Below, piece by piece: positions 52,901 through 64,000 of a stretch of DNA of 64,000 nucleotides. This stretch comes from Octopus bimaculoides. Its lineage: Eukaryota. Location of the stretch: positions 60,905,355 to 60,969,354 of the forward strand of contig NC_068985.1 of the NCBI RefSeq assembly GCF_001194135.2, in the 5' to 3' direction. The stretch's first letter is position 1; each line of letters starts with the position of its first letter. The position numbers and the translations under genes were made by a program. Under the pieces are notes generated by a model. That model saw only the letters and a program-made list of their open reading frames with translations. It ran no database searches and was not told the DNA's origin.

Positions 52901-55900
52901 GGATTCAGGTGACCTAACGAAGATCCATGTGATTGTAAAGTGAACTTCTTAACCTGATGGTCAGGTCTGAACTCACATTGGTTGTATCCTATGTACTGTA
53001 GTGTTGCTGGTAGAACTTGGATTATGAAGAAGGGATGCATTTAGGCTGTCAGGAAACAAATTTCTTGCAGATCAGTGTATGGTTGGTGACTAATGTAGGG
53101 TTGGTGATTAATGTACAATTGTGATTAAGGTATGATTGGTGGTTAAAGTAGGGTTGTTGACTAGCAAGGATGTGTAGAAGTGTAACAAAGGATGGATGCC
53201 TGTAATACCTCATTCAAGATAATACAGATTGTTGTCATATTATTTTACAATAAGTAAACCTAACAAGTTGTGAGCTTCTACTTCAAAGTTGCCTTGTTTG
53301 GTGAGCTTCTTTACAAGACATAGTCACCTATAACAAGTAACTAGTACATATTAGTTATCCATCACTTAAATAGTTGAGATATTTTGACTAACTAGAAAGT
53401 CTCAATCCTTTCAAGCTCTAGTATTATTGACATTAAGTATAACCTATTTCATTACATGATACAGCTAACCTGGTTGTACACTTCTAGTGGTACAACTGAC
53501 TGATTTTCATCCAGAAGAGAAAATTGTTCAATCTGAAACTATTTTTTGCATCAAATCATCCAGCCATAAAAGCACTGCTAACAAACATCAGGAAATGGAT
53601 ATAAAATCAGCCAACCACCAAACCATGGCTAACACTAATAAACATCAGGAAATGGCTGTAAAAATATTCAAAATATTATCTGAAAAAATCCTATCATTAT
53701 TATGTCTAATTGGTAAATGATAAATACAGGAGTTAAAGAAACTAGTCTTTAGTTCTATTTTTTGCCTTTTTTTAAGAACTAGAATTAACTTAGAACTTAT
53801 TTGATATATCCAGATGCAAACAATACAAACATGCAATAGAGCCCAGTCATGGTGACAGCGGAGAGCAGATAATTTCAATAACAGTAATTTACTATGTCAC
53901 AAACTGATTCGTTCAATTCTAGATAGCGTGTGTGCATGCATGCACACACACATACACACACTATCATTGTTTTAATGTTCGCTTTTTCATGCATGAGTCA
54001 GATGGAATTTGTAGAAACATATTTTCTATGGTTGGATGCCTTTCCTGTTGTCAACCCTCACCTATTTTCAAGTAAGCTAATATTTTCCCTGGTCTGGATA
54101 TGTTTCCACAGAAAACTAGAAATGAATGACACTGCTAGTATGAAACTGGCACTCACTTGTAACTATTATGTAATGTCTAGACAAGGACACACACACACAC
54201 ACATAGACCTGACAGGCATCTTTCAGTTTCCATTTAGCAAATCCACTTGGTTTTGGTCCACCTGGGGCCATAACAGAAAATGCTTGACCAACGTGCCATG
54301 CAGTGACACTGAACCCCCAAACCATGTGGCTGGGAAGTGAACTTTCTGAATCACTGTGTTTCAACAGGATACCTGTGTTTCAACAAGATCACTGTGTGGT
54401 TCAGAGAACAGATGTCTAATCTAGATAATTCTGCATAAAAAAGATATATGATCTTGAGAAAGAACTACTATCTCTGGCAAAAATATAGACAAAAATTCTC
54501 AGAGGAAGACATCATGACAGACAATACTCTGAATTTTTCCATCTTGATAAATAAGATATTTATTTGATTTCCAATAGATGAACATACAACATATGTTTCC
54601 TTAATACTCATTACGTAACTGATATTTAAAGAAAAAAAATATTTGAAGTTATTGACAGAAATTAATAGAGGCAAAGAGATGAAGATTTTGTTAATTTTTT
54701 AAGGGAATAGAATTTGGTTGCTGTTGATATGAAATGACAGCAAAAAGTCAGAAAAGGAATTATTGTTTAAATTTGGAATGGAAATAAAAGAATAAACATT
54801 TTCCAATGAATACTACAGCTAAAATATTTTCAGGTTCAATTCTTTGAACAGTTCAAGCATAGCTGTATAGTTAACAAGTCTGCTCCCAACTATATGATTT
54901 TGAGTTTGGCCCCACAGCATAGAATCAGAATCATTGGCAAGTATCTTTTACTATAGCCCTGCATCAACCAAAGCATTCTAACTGGGTTTGGAAGATAGAA
55001 ACTGAAAGAAGCCCATTGTGTGTGAGTGTGTGTACATATCATATATATATATATATATATATGGAAACATTTTGAACTTTGAAGTGGATGTATGAACAGA
55101 AATATACCTAGCATCGGAAGTGAACCAGGCTCCAAGGAACTGGAAGAAATAATGGCTAAAATTGTCTAACTTTTATTACAGATTTACTAATATTTATACA
55201 AGGTGACAAATATTTTTCAATTCAATTGAAATATATGCAGTAGCAATCAGGGTATAGATCCAAATAAATGGGAAAAGAAAACTTCAATATGACATGAATC
55301 AACAATACATGTTGTTTGCAGAAGTTTGGTTTGCGATTTTTGAGTAAATCAGTTCTAGACAAACAAACATGCACTCCCAAATATGTAGAGAGATTACACA
55401 GTCTAACTACATCAGTAACTAGCTATTCTACTGAATTTTAATAGACAAACATATAGATTTTTCTTGAATGTTCCAACATATATTAACATATGTTCTATCG
55501 TAAATAATGATGCTTTATAAAAACAAATATCAGAAAACAGAGAAAAAAAACAGGAATTAGTTTTTAAATACTTAAAGTGAGACTGTTTAAATGAAAGTAA
55601 ATGGGCTGTTACTTTATATTTTTGCTGATTGAGAGTAGTGTGCCAGACTAAGAATCTCCTAATAGATCTCAGTTCTCATGTTCTAAGACTTCAAGAAATC
55701 ACAGGCCAACTTTGATCTCTGTTTCTCAAGAGTTGATAAAAATAATTTGACAAAAATAAGAACAAAATCTCTCCTCTCACTCCAAGAATAATTTGCCATA
55801 TGCCGTGAGCAACAGAAATCTTTGTGCCCTTTCACTGTGGAAGTTCAGAACAAGATAAAGGGCAGATAAATTAAACAGGAATCCTACTTAAGCCCTTACC

Positions 55901-56188
55901 TTTTGTTCTTCCATAACCTTTTTCAATTTGAAAAGGTTACTCCTGATTAAATGTTTACTGGGGCTTTTTATAACTACCAGAGGAATGAATTCTGTGCTTC
56001 ACTCTCTTTAGTCTTGTTAGAAGCACCATAATCTCATTACTGGTAGTAGTAATTAGCTGTCTTTCCAGTAGCTAAATACATAAATTTAATATTAGTGATC
56101 AGACACAAATACATACAGCCCTAACTAACCTGGTTAATTAATTTAAACTATTATATATGCATATATGTGTGTGTGTGTGTGTGTGTTA

Positions 56189-56219
<31 letters not shown>

Positions 56220-56354
56220 CAAAGAAAATAACTAGTATATACATGTAAATATTAAATAAAAGTCAGAACTCTATAATGTTAAATCCTGTACCCTATGTGC
56301 ACCAAGTAGGGATCTGATTCACAATAGAAACATCACAAAGTCAGTGAACATGTG

Positions 56355-56391
<37 letters not shown>

Positions 56392-56401
56392 NNNNNNNNN
56401 N

Positions 56402-56435
<34 letters not shown>

Positions 56436-56609
56436 ACACACACATATACGATGCGCTTCTTTCAGTTCCTACTTACAAAGCTTTGGTTGGCATGAGGATA
56501 TAGTAGAAGACACATGCTTAAGATGTCGCATAATGGGACTGAACCTGAAGCCATATAGTTAGGAAGCAAACTTTACATTACACGGCCTCTTCTGCACAAT
56601 CAGGGATAA

Positions 56610-56655
56610 GACACCTGACGATGACTGACAATGAAACCGATTGAAATATAGTATT
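56610..56655 (+). ncRNA. Degenerate minimal hammerhead-like motif (third family)
   Basis: gacac CUGACGA u GACUG-acaaugaaac-CGAUU GAAA UAUA guauu. Both core motifs are present; stems I and II are imperfect. Confidence 0.45.
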
Positions 56656-56893
56656 GATGTAAAAACTGATAAAAGTTTTATCTCTAAAAGTGAAAGATGA
56701 TAATGCAGACAAGGGCAATATATTTATAATCACCATGTAATTAAGACATAATACAGTCAGGGAAGTTTATTAACACAAAGAGCTAATTAACACTAATATC
56801 CAACATAATAAGCATTGAAGACCTACCAAAGAAGAGATGAGAACTAAACCAAAGAAATATAAAATAAGTCTTCAAATATTTATCTTGACAATA

Positions 56894-58041
56894 TGAAGGT
56901 GGGCTGAAAAGTTCATTAGCTGACAATGAAGGAGTGATGTTAGAGCTGTGAAATCTTGCATGCATTAATTTCAACTCTTATTAATATCTGCATGGTTTCT
57001 TTCCAGGTAAACTGGCATTTCACTATTCAAAGAAGTCTTCAAAAATAACTAGTAGTGATTCCTCTTGAAAATGGATAAAATTTGGCATCCTCATGTTATC
57101 AAGTACCTGCAGAAAAAGGGTTTAGCCCCCCCAAGGACTTTCATGCTGACATGGTTGCTATATTAAAGGGTAATACTCCAGTTTTATCAGCAGTGCAAAA
57201 GGGGGAAGCTGAAGGGAGAGTTTGGAAATGATCCAACAACTAGACATCCTGACATTGATTGTGTTCACCACATGTTGATGGATGACAAGCGATTGACTAT
57301 AAATCAAATAACCAATGCTATTTGCGTTTCCCATGAGAGAGTTAAGAATATTCCACACAATGAACTTGGCATGATGATGCTTTCTGCTTGGTGGGTGCCA
57401 TGTCTGCCACATCTTCTGACACCTGATCAAAAGCACTCTGAGCTTGTCACATCATGAAAAAATCTGACATTGTTTTAGGCAGATCCAGCAGGTTTGCTTC
57501 AATGTTTACTAACCCAGGATGAGTGTTGGGTTCATCACTTTGAGCTACAGACAAAAAGACAATCCATGCAGTGGAAACACCCCTCCTCACCTGCTCCAAA
57601 GAAGGCCAAGATTGTTTTATCAGCAGGGAAGGTAATGACCTCAATTTTTTGGAATGCAAAAGGCATTGTGTTTATTGATTATTTTCAAAAGGGCCGCAAC
57701 ATCAAGGAAAAGTACTATGCCATCTTGCTGAGACAATCACAAAGGGCTATCAAGACTGTGTGACTGTGGCTTTGAACTGGTTGATCACACTCCCTGTTCT
57801 GATTTGGCCCCATCTGACTATCACCTGTTCTCCAACATGAAAAAAAATACTTGTCTGGGAACCAATATCACAGTGATAATGATGCCATATTTGCTATTGA
57901 CTTCTTTGACCAACAGAATGAAAGTTTTTTCACTAACAGGATCCAAGCACAGCAAAAGTGTGTGGGCCGCAAGAGAGACAATGTTGAAAAAATAAGCCTC
58001 ATTTAGTAACATTCAATAAGAGTATTTTGGTCAGTCTGTGA
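56894..58041 (+). mobile_element. mariner (DD34D-type) transposon remnant
   Basis: WWVP, LTQDECWVHHF, AGKVMTSIFWNAKGIVFIDY and SDLAPSDYHLF motifs, with frameshifts. The second-Asp region is deleted. TIR-like tgaaggtgggctgaaaagttcat after TA; only a partial right end. Confidence 0.9.
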
Positions 58042-58607
58042 TATACCAGCTGACTCTGGTATATCAAGTAGCTCTATATTTGTAAGAAATAATTTGAAAG
58101 AAAGGATAGACGGTCCTTATAAGAGCAGTATTCATATCAGAATTGGTTAAGACTATTCTTTCTGCTGGTGTCATGCTACATTGAAGATTAAAGAGAGAGA
58201 GAAAGTGAGGTGAGGAGAGAAAATAGAGAAGGGTGAAGAGAAAGAGAGAGATGTCATAGATATATAATGCAAATAATGTTTTTCCAAAAAATCAAAGCTA
58301 CATAACTTTTGATTTGATAACATAAATACAATTTGCATCTGCCATTCCTAAACTCACTAGACCCAGAGATCCATGAAGTATGAGTGACCTCCCTCTTCCA
58401 ATCACACACAACCATACTATCAAATTTTATAATTGTTGGTGGTCAAAAACAAATAACATCTTTATTATGAACACACACACCCATGAAAAATACAAGCGTG
58501 ATAAACATTCATTTAATTGTGACATACTGCATTGTGAGGGGTTAATTCAATAAAATATGTTCTTTGTAATCATTTATAAATAAAATAATAAACACATTCA
58601 GACAGTA

Positions 58608-58662
<55 letters not shown>

Positions 58663-58730
58663 CTATCATACACACACACATATTGTTGACATTATAAGAA
58701 TTTTATAAACTTTTGAGAAAATGAAAATTG

Positions 58731-58874
58731 TTTTTGGAATCTTGGATCTTGAGGCACATCAAATAAAGCAATGAGTAATAACATGTAAATAATGCTTTTG
58801 GATTTCGACCCATAATTTATTTGCTATTCTTTATAGCTTTATGTGATGTGCCTCAAGATCCAATGTTCCAAAAA
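58731..58874. repeat. Isolated inverted repeat, 38-39-bp arms
   Basis: tttttggaatcttggatcttgaggcacatcaaataaagc versus the reverse complement of gctttatgtgatgtgcctcaagatccaatgttccaaaaa: 3 mismatches. Confidence 0.85.
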
Positions 58875-59167
58875 AGACACACATACACACGGAGCTATAT
58901 GAAAAGCTTAACTATTAATGTATATTTCAACTGATTATTCACCAAACTAAATAAACTGTCAGTATTTCTATGAAATGCAGATATAGTCAGAGTAGCACAG
59001 CAGTTAAATAATTTTGGGGTTTACACCAGAGAGACAGAAAACCAGCTTTTGAGATATACTGCTAGTTAAATAAATGTGTGTGTGTATGTATACCACTACA
59101 TCACCACTGCTGTCATCATCATTATATGTACAGAGACATATACACTCACATAATTACTGTGTATATA

Positions 59168-59208
<41 letters not shown>

Positions 59209-62200
59209 CTATCTATCTAATGTGTGAGTGTGTGTGTATGGTGTGTGTGGGGGGGCAACAGTTCTTTTTCTTGTGGAAAACACAACAGTGCCTTGATTGT
59301 ATCCTTTTTCATATCTTCACATGAGTTCCTTTTTGTATGTTTGGGAGAGTAAAGTTTCTAAATATATCACCAATGTTTCCAGACATTCACATTCACCACT
59401 TCAGGATGAGGTAATGTTAGAATGTGTTGCTGTGTCTTTATAGAAGGCAAGGCCAATGTGATTGGTGTAGACATTACTACCACAATTTGAATTTTGACTG
59501 TTAGATTTACATGTCATCGGCCAGCTGCTCAATAAGGAAACTCTCATTTCTTACTACAATGAAAGACAATCCATCTCAGCACATATTTATGAAACAGTAA
59601 ACATACACAAACAAAAACAACACCCTCAAAGCCATAATTCTCAAATTGATTCACCAACAAACAAGATTCCTAAATAAGTAAACAATTAAGCTGAGAAAGA
59701 TATAGAATACAGTCAACCAAAGAGTTCCTACACATCTGAGAAATCAGTAAACTTGGCAACATTTCCACCTTAAAAATAGAAAGGCTGCTTCCTAATGTTC
59801 CGGTAGTCTAAAACTTATTTGAATGACATGATTTTCCATCCTATAGCCCCATACATTTTGAATGAGGATATGGAATAGATGGGATTCTTTCAGTTTTAAG
59901 CTGTTGTATTTGGTCTTAAGCCAGAAAGGAGACTGTAGAAACTTTAGCTTCATGCAATGACTCTTAGACCAAGGATTTTCATAGCTTTTAATGCCAGTCC
60001 CTTCCACCAAGGCCCTAATTTTTAGAACAATATGCACATAAATAAGAACTTCCAGTCCAAGAGCTATCAAATGTTTAGTATAATCAGTTGTTTTTATGTC
60101 AGAGATCTGTTAAAACCACTGGGGGAGAAATCTGTACATACTTTGATATTTGTCTATCCTAAGGTACTACATATATCACATATATAGCTTCTAAAATAGT
60201 AAGTCTATTTGATACCATATTTATTAGGGAATACACTAATTATATATTTTAATCAATTTTGAAAATAATGGGAGAAAATCAATGTTTAGAACATAATTTT
60301 ACAAATAATTATGATGGAAGGTTTTTAATATAATTATGAACACTTCAGAAAGGGTAAACTTCTATACAGAATCAAAGTTGGTATCAGGTGGGTTGATATT
60401 ACAGTATCTATGGGATATATTTTTTCTTTTACTTTTGTTTTTATACAACAACTTCTCAAGACAAAACTGTGCTAAAAGTGTGTGAAGTCAGTTATAATTA
60501 GGTGTTGGTATACAGGGTTATCTTCCCATAACCTTGAAATTTTGGGTGGTTGGTGTTAGTCTCAATCACAGTCATTGGGTGGGAGTCAAATTATTTCATC
60601 AGTGAAGCTGAAATTCTTTCAGACTCAAAACAGTGGATAGCATTAAATGCATGGCACCTTTAGGCATGAGGAAACATTCCTACTTACCAAAACAATTAAT
60701 GGTGTGCGTGTGTGTGTGCTTGCGCACGCGTGTGTGTAAACAAAACAGATGCACAAAAGGAAATCAAATATGCAGGACAGTGAATATCTGGATATACAAG
60801 GGAGATGGATTAAGTGGACATAGAAAACAAATGGACTAACTGGATACACTTGACAAATGAATTAATGGATCAATGGGATATAGTGAACACAACTGGATAT
60901 ACAAATTGTGTGGATTAACTAGATATAGAGGATTAACTGTACAGCAGGACATATGGATTTATTGCTGAATATAGAAGACATGGAACGTGTTATGAGATGT
61001 GATATTCAGAAGACATGAAATATACAACAGCTGAACATTAGAGAATTTGTATGAAATAAATGTGGAGAATCCAGGAAGTGCAGAAGGGGTTGACATAGGA
61101 AATACATGAAATATGGGGGAAGGGGACTTATATGAGAGAAATATGAAATACATGATATATAATAACTGGACTGGATATAGTTCAATATATGTAAAGATGA
61201 ATATTTAATTATGTAAACTACATTAAGCATCTACCTACATAGAGGTATATGAATTTTGAATAGCTTGGGTGCATAACATGAAGGATGGACAAACAAATAT
61301 TGCTAGACATATAGAAATTCCATGAAGAGTAGACATAAAGATGCTATATAAAGGGTGAGTGTTGCACACATGCTATATAAGGAATGAACATACAAACATT
61401 ACAGGAGAGCAGGAGATTCAGAAATTATATAAAAACTGGATATACAGAGGTTGTTCTATGAAATTTAGTCATTAATAAAAACAGTAATATATAAAGGCTT
61501 GTCACATAGAGGTAGATAATAACTTAATACTTGGACATTACATAATGTCTGGCTAGTCAGGAATAAAATTGGAATTAACAGTAAAGAATTTTACCTGAAT
61601 AAAGAGCTGAAAATCTTGGATGAATCCATGAAATAAAATAACTTGAGTTTAGAATATTGTGAATAACAATGAGATTGTTTCCAATGTTGGTATAGATTAT
61701 TGTGGGTAATGTGGAGTAACCTCTGATTAGTTCAGCAGCTACTCCTCAAACACTAAGGAGCAGCAATAATAGTTAGAGATGTCTGGAGGGTCAGGCATCT
61801 TCTTCATGTGTTTAGCATTTTGACAGAGAAGCAACAGATAACTTCCTTTTTATTATGGGGGAGGGACTAAGTTTTAAGAATCATGGTTCCTATTTCAAAG
61901 GTAGTATGAAAGATTTAGCTGCTACAGAGAGTTGTCTTAGAATTACTGGTGTTTGTTGTGAATGGTAGTGGGAACTGTGTTATCTGACGATCATTAATAT
62001 ATATTAATGACATCTAATATAGGATAAAATTTTCAAAAAATTTTATCAGTGGCCAGCATATTAAAAAATACCTTTTAAGGTGAAAAATTATAAATAAGTT
62101 TATAAGTTGTATATATTAATGATATATATATACATCAGTGTATATATGCGCTGTTGCTTGTTTATAAGAGATGTTGATGACAGCAGCACCAGGGAAAATT

Positions 62201-63105
62201 ATAAGGGAACCTGGAAGAAGCACTTTTACCAAAATAAATAAAAACATGTTTTCTCTCTCTCTCTCTCTCTCCCCCTCCCTCTCTCTCTCTCCTTATCACA
62301 CAACAAAATATTGCTTTATCTCACTGTACCCAACGCAATGTCCTGGGACCAGGTGTGTTAGGGACCAGAGGGCAGCCACCCCAGTTATCACATAAAGTCA
62401 AGAGATAGCCATCTTTGAAGCAGACCAGATGTTGCCAGTATAGTGGGGTGGGTTAGAGGCAGGGAAGAGTAGATATAAAAAGAAAGTAGGAGGTAAAAAT
62501 AAATGTCTCCTTCAAGCCATGCCTACACACTCCCCAACCATGCCTGTTCCCCTAAACTACTTTCACTAGCCCTCTCCTCCCACCTCTTATACAGGGCTTG
62601 CTACCTACCTCTTTATGCACCATTCACACTCACAGATTTAGACAAGTTACAGACCCACCACCATCACCATAGCCATACCACAACATAAATAAAGTTACTG
62701 GTCATGATGGTGGTGGTGGTGGTAGAGAGACAGAGAGAAAGACAGGAAGGTAGGAGATAAGGTGACTGAGACAGAGAGAAAATGGAAGGGGTGGCAGACA
62801 TAAAAAAAAAAAAACAAGTTGAAATCAGAGCAGAGACAAGTGTATGCAGTGGGGAAGAGAGATGGGAGGGACACCAAAGGTGAGGGGGGAGCTGATGGTA
62901 GTGAGGAAGGGAAGTGGGGGGGGAGTATTGTTAAAGTAGAAAAGTGAAATTCATTCATTCATTGAACATATGGAAAGTTACAGGAGGTAAAAGGGAGAAA
63001 AATGGTAAAATTATGAGGAAGAGGGGCAGTGAAGGGAGGAGAATAGAATTGACTTGCTGGAGTTAAAGGGACCCATGCGCCCATGTGTGTGTGTATGTGC
63101 ATGTA

Positions 63106-63136
<31 letters not shown>

Positions 63137-64000
63137 CAGAGAGAGACAGAGACAAACAGACAGACAGATATTTATTGGTTTCACAATATGTGATATTGCA
63201 AGTAACTTCATCATCATCATCATCATCATCTAATCACCATCCTTTCTTATGCGACCATAGCATCTCTTTAGCATATAACACATCACAGCAATAAAACAAA
63301 GGGGGAAAACCTAGAGTGTGGTATGTTTCCTGTGTACACGAATTACCATAATCCAGTCTGTTTCTAACAATCTCTAACAATCAACAGGACTGGGGCTTTT
63401 GGCTAAAAAAAATTTCAACAAGACATAGTGCTCCATCAGAGAATCTTGGCACCAAAGAGGAAATCTTTTAGTTACTAGGACTTGCCTTAAATACCAAATA
63501 AGTCACTTGTAACTAATTCACTTGTCTTTCTTTTGTTTAGATTTGTGAATTCTACATGCACCATGATGAAACAAAACTGGCCTCATGTGGAAATATTGTT
63601 TCTACTCCACAAAAGTACAAAAACACACTTACACTGATAAACACACACAAATGTAGTATAGTTAGAGAATATTTATGTGATCGTAATCAATTAAAACCCA
63701 CAAACCAAAGAAACTGGTGTTAGATAATCAGTGACAACTTTGTCCTCCCTTCATCTTCCAACCAAACCAAAGTCTTCCCTTCCTCCCTCAAGCTTGTACC
63801 ATCAACAAGTTTTTCACTATCCAATTTTCTTCTGGTTCATTCCTTGATGTTACTCCATCCCCACCTCCAAAGTTTTCTATACACGACTTTAGAACTCTCT
63901 CTCTCTCTCTCAACACCATATTGCAACAAGGAAGCCTCTGAATAGGCACTTGACCTTCAAGAAATAGTAGCCAAATCCTCCTTAAGTCACATTCTACTTA

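Noticed and set aside
55900-55942. Minus-strand exon-like segment SNLFKLKKVMEEQK with AAG|gtaagg donor
   Set aside because: Weak acceptor, a phase-0 end incompatible with the phase-1 acceptor at 45206, and no recognisable PHLDB similarity.
212-63229. The ~150 short ORFs in the supplied track (HTHT, CVCV, ERER, YIYI, SLSL etc.)
   Set aside because: They are translations of microsatellites, SINEs, decayed TEs or antisense frames of the large exon. There is no coding signal beyond the features listed.
45207-64000. Searched by eye for FHA-domain exons (e.g. RFNHP) upstream, and for further coiled-coil or PH exons in 1-11100
   Set aside because: None found; they probably lie outside the window. 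Very small exons could have been missed.

Overview
AT-rich, microsatellite- and transposon-dense animal genomic DNA with five N-gaps. The repeat families look like those of an octopus (coleoid cephalopod); this is inferred, not searched. The only supported host gene is on the minus strand: three in-frame exons (45206-43516, 12453-12328, 11239-11102) of a PHLDB1/2 (LL5)-like protein, recognised by the ERQRLEEILSMCAEY motif and the following coiled coil. Its FHA- and PH-domain exons were not found and probably lie outside the window. The rest is intron, filled with RTE/RTEX-type LINE fragments, several tRNA-derived SINE families, and decayed Tc1 (DD34E), DD41D and mariner (DD34D) transposons. 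The most unusual signals are: (1) hammerhead-ribozyme-like motifs of three unrelated sequence families, including a 375-bp fold-back insertion with a hammerhead in each arm and a ~12-bp target-site duplication, resembling a Penelope-dependent non-autonomous element; (2) a 79-bp copy of the large exon in the next intron, placed so that it could be an alternative terminal exon; (3) candidate internal first exons or promoters for short PHLDB isoforms; (4) unexplained hairpins. All hammerhead copies are degenerate, and none of these calls could be tested computationally here.
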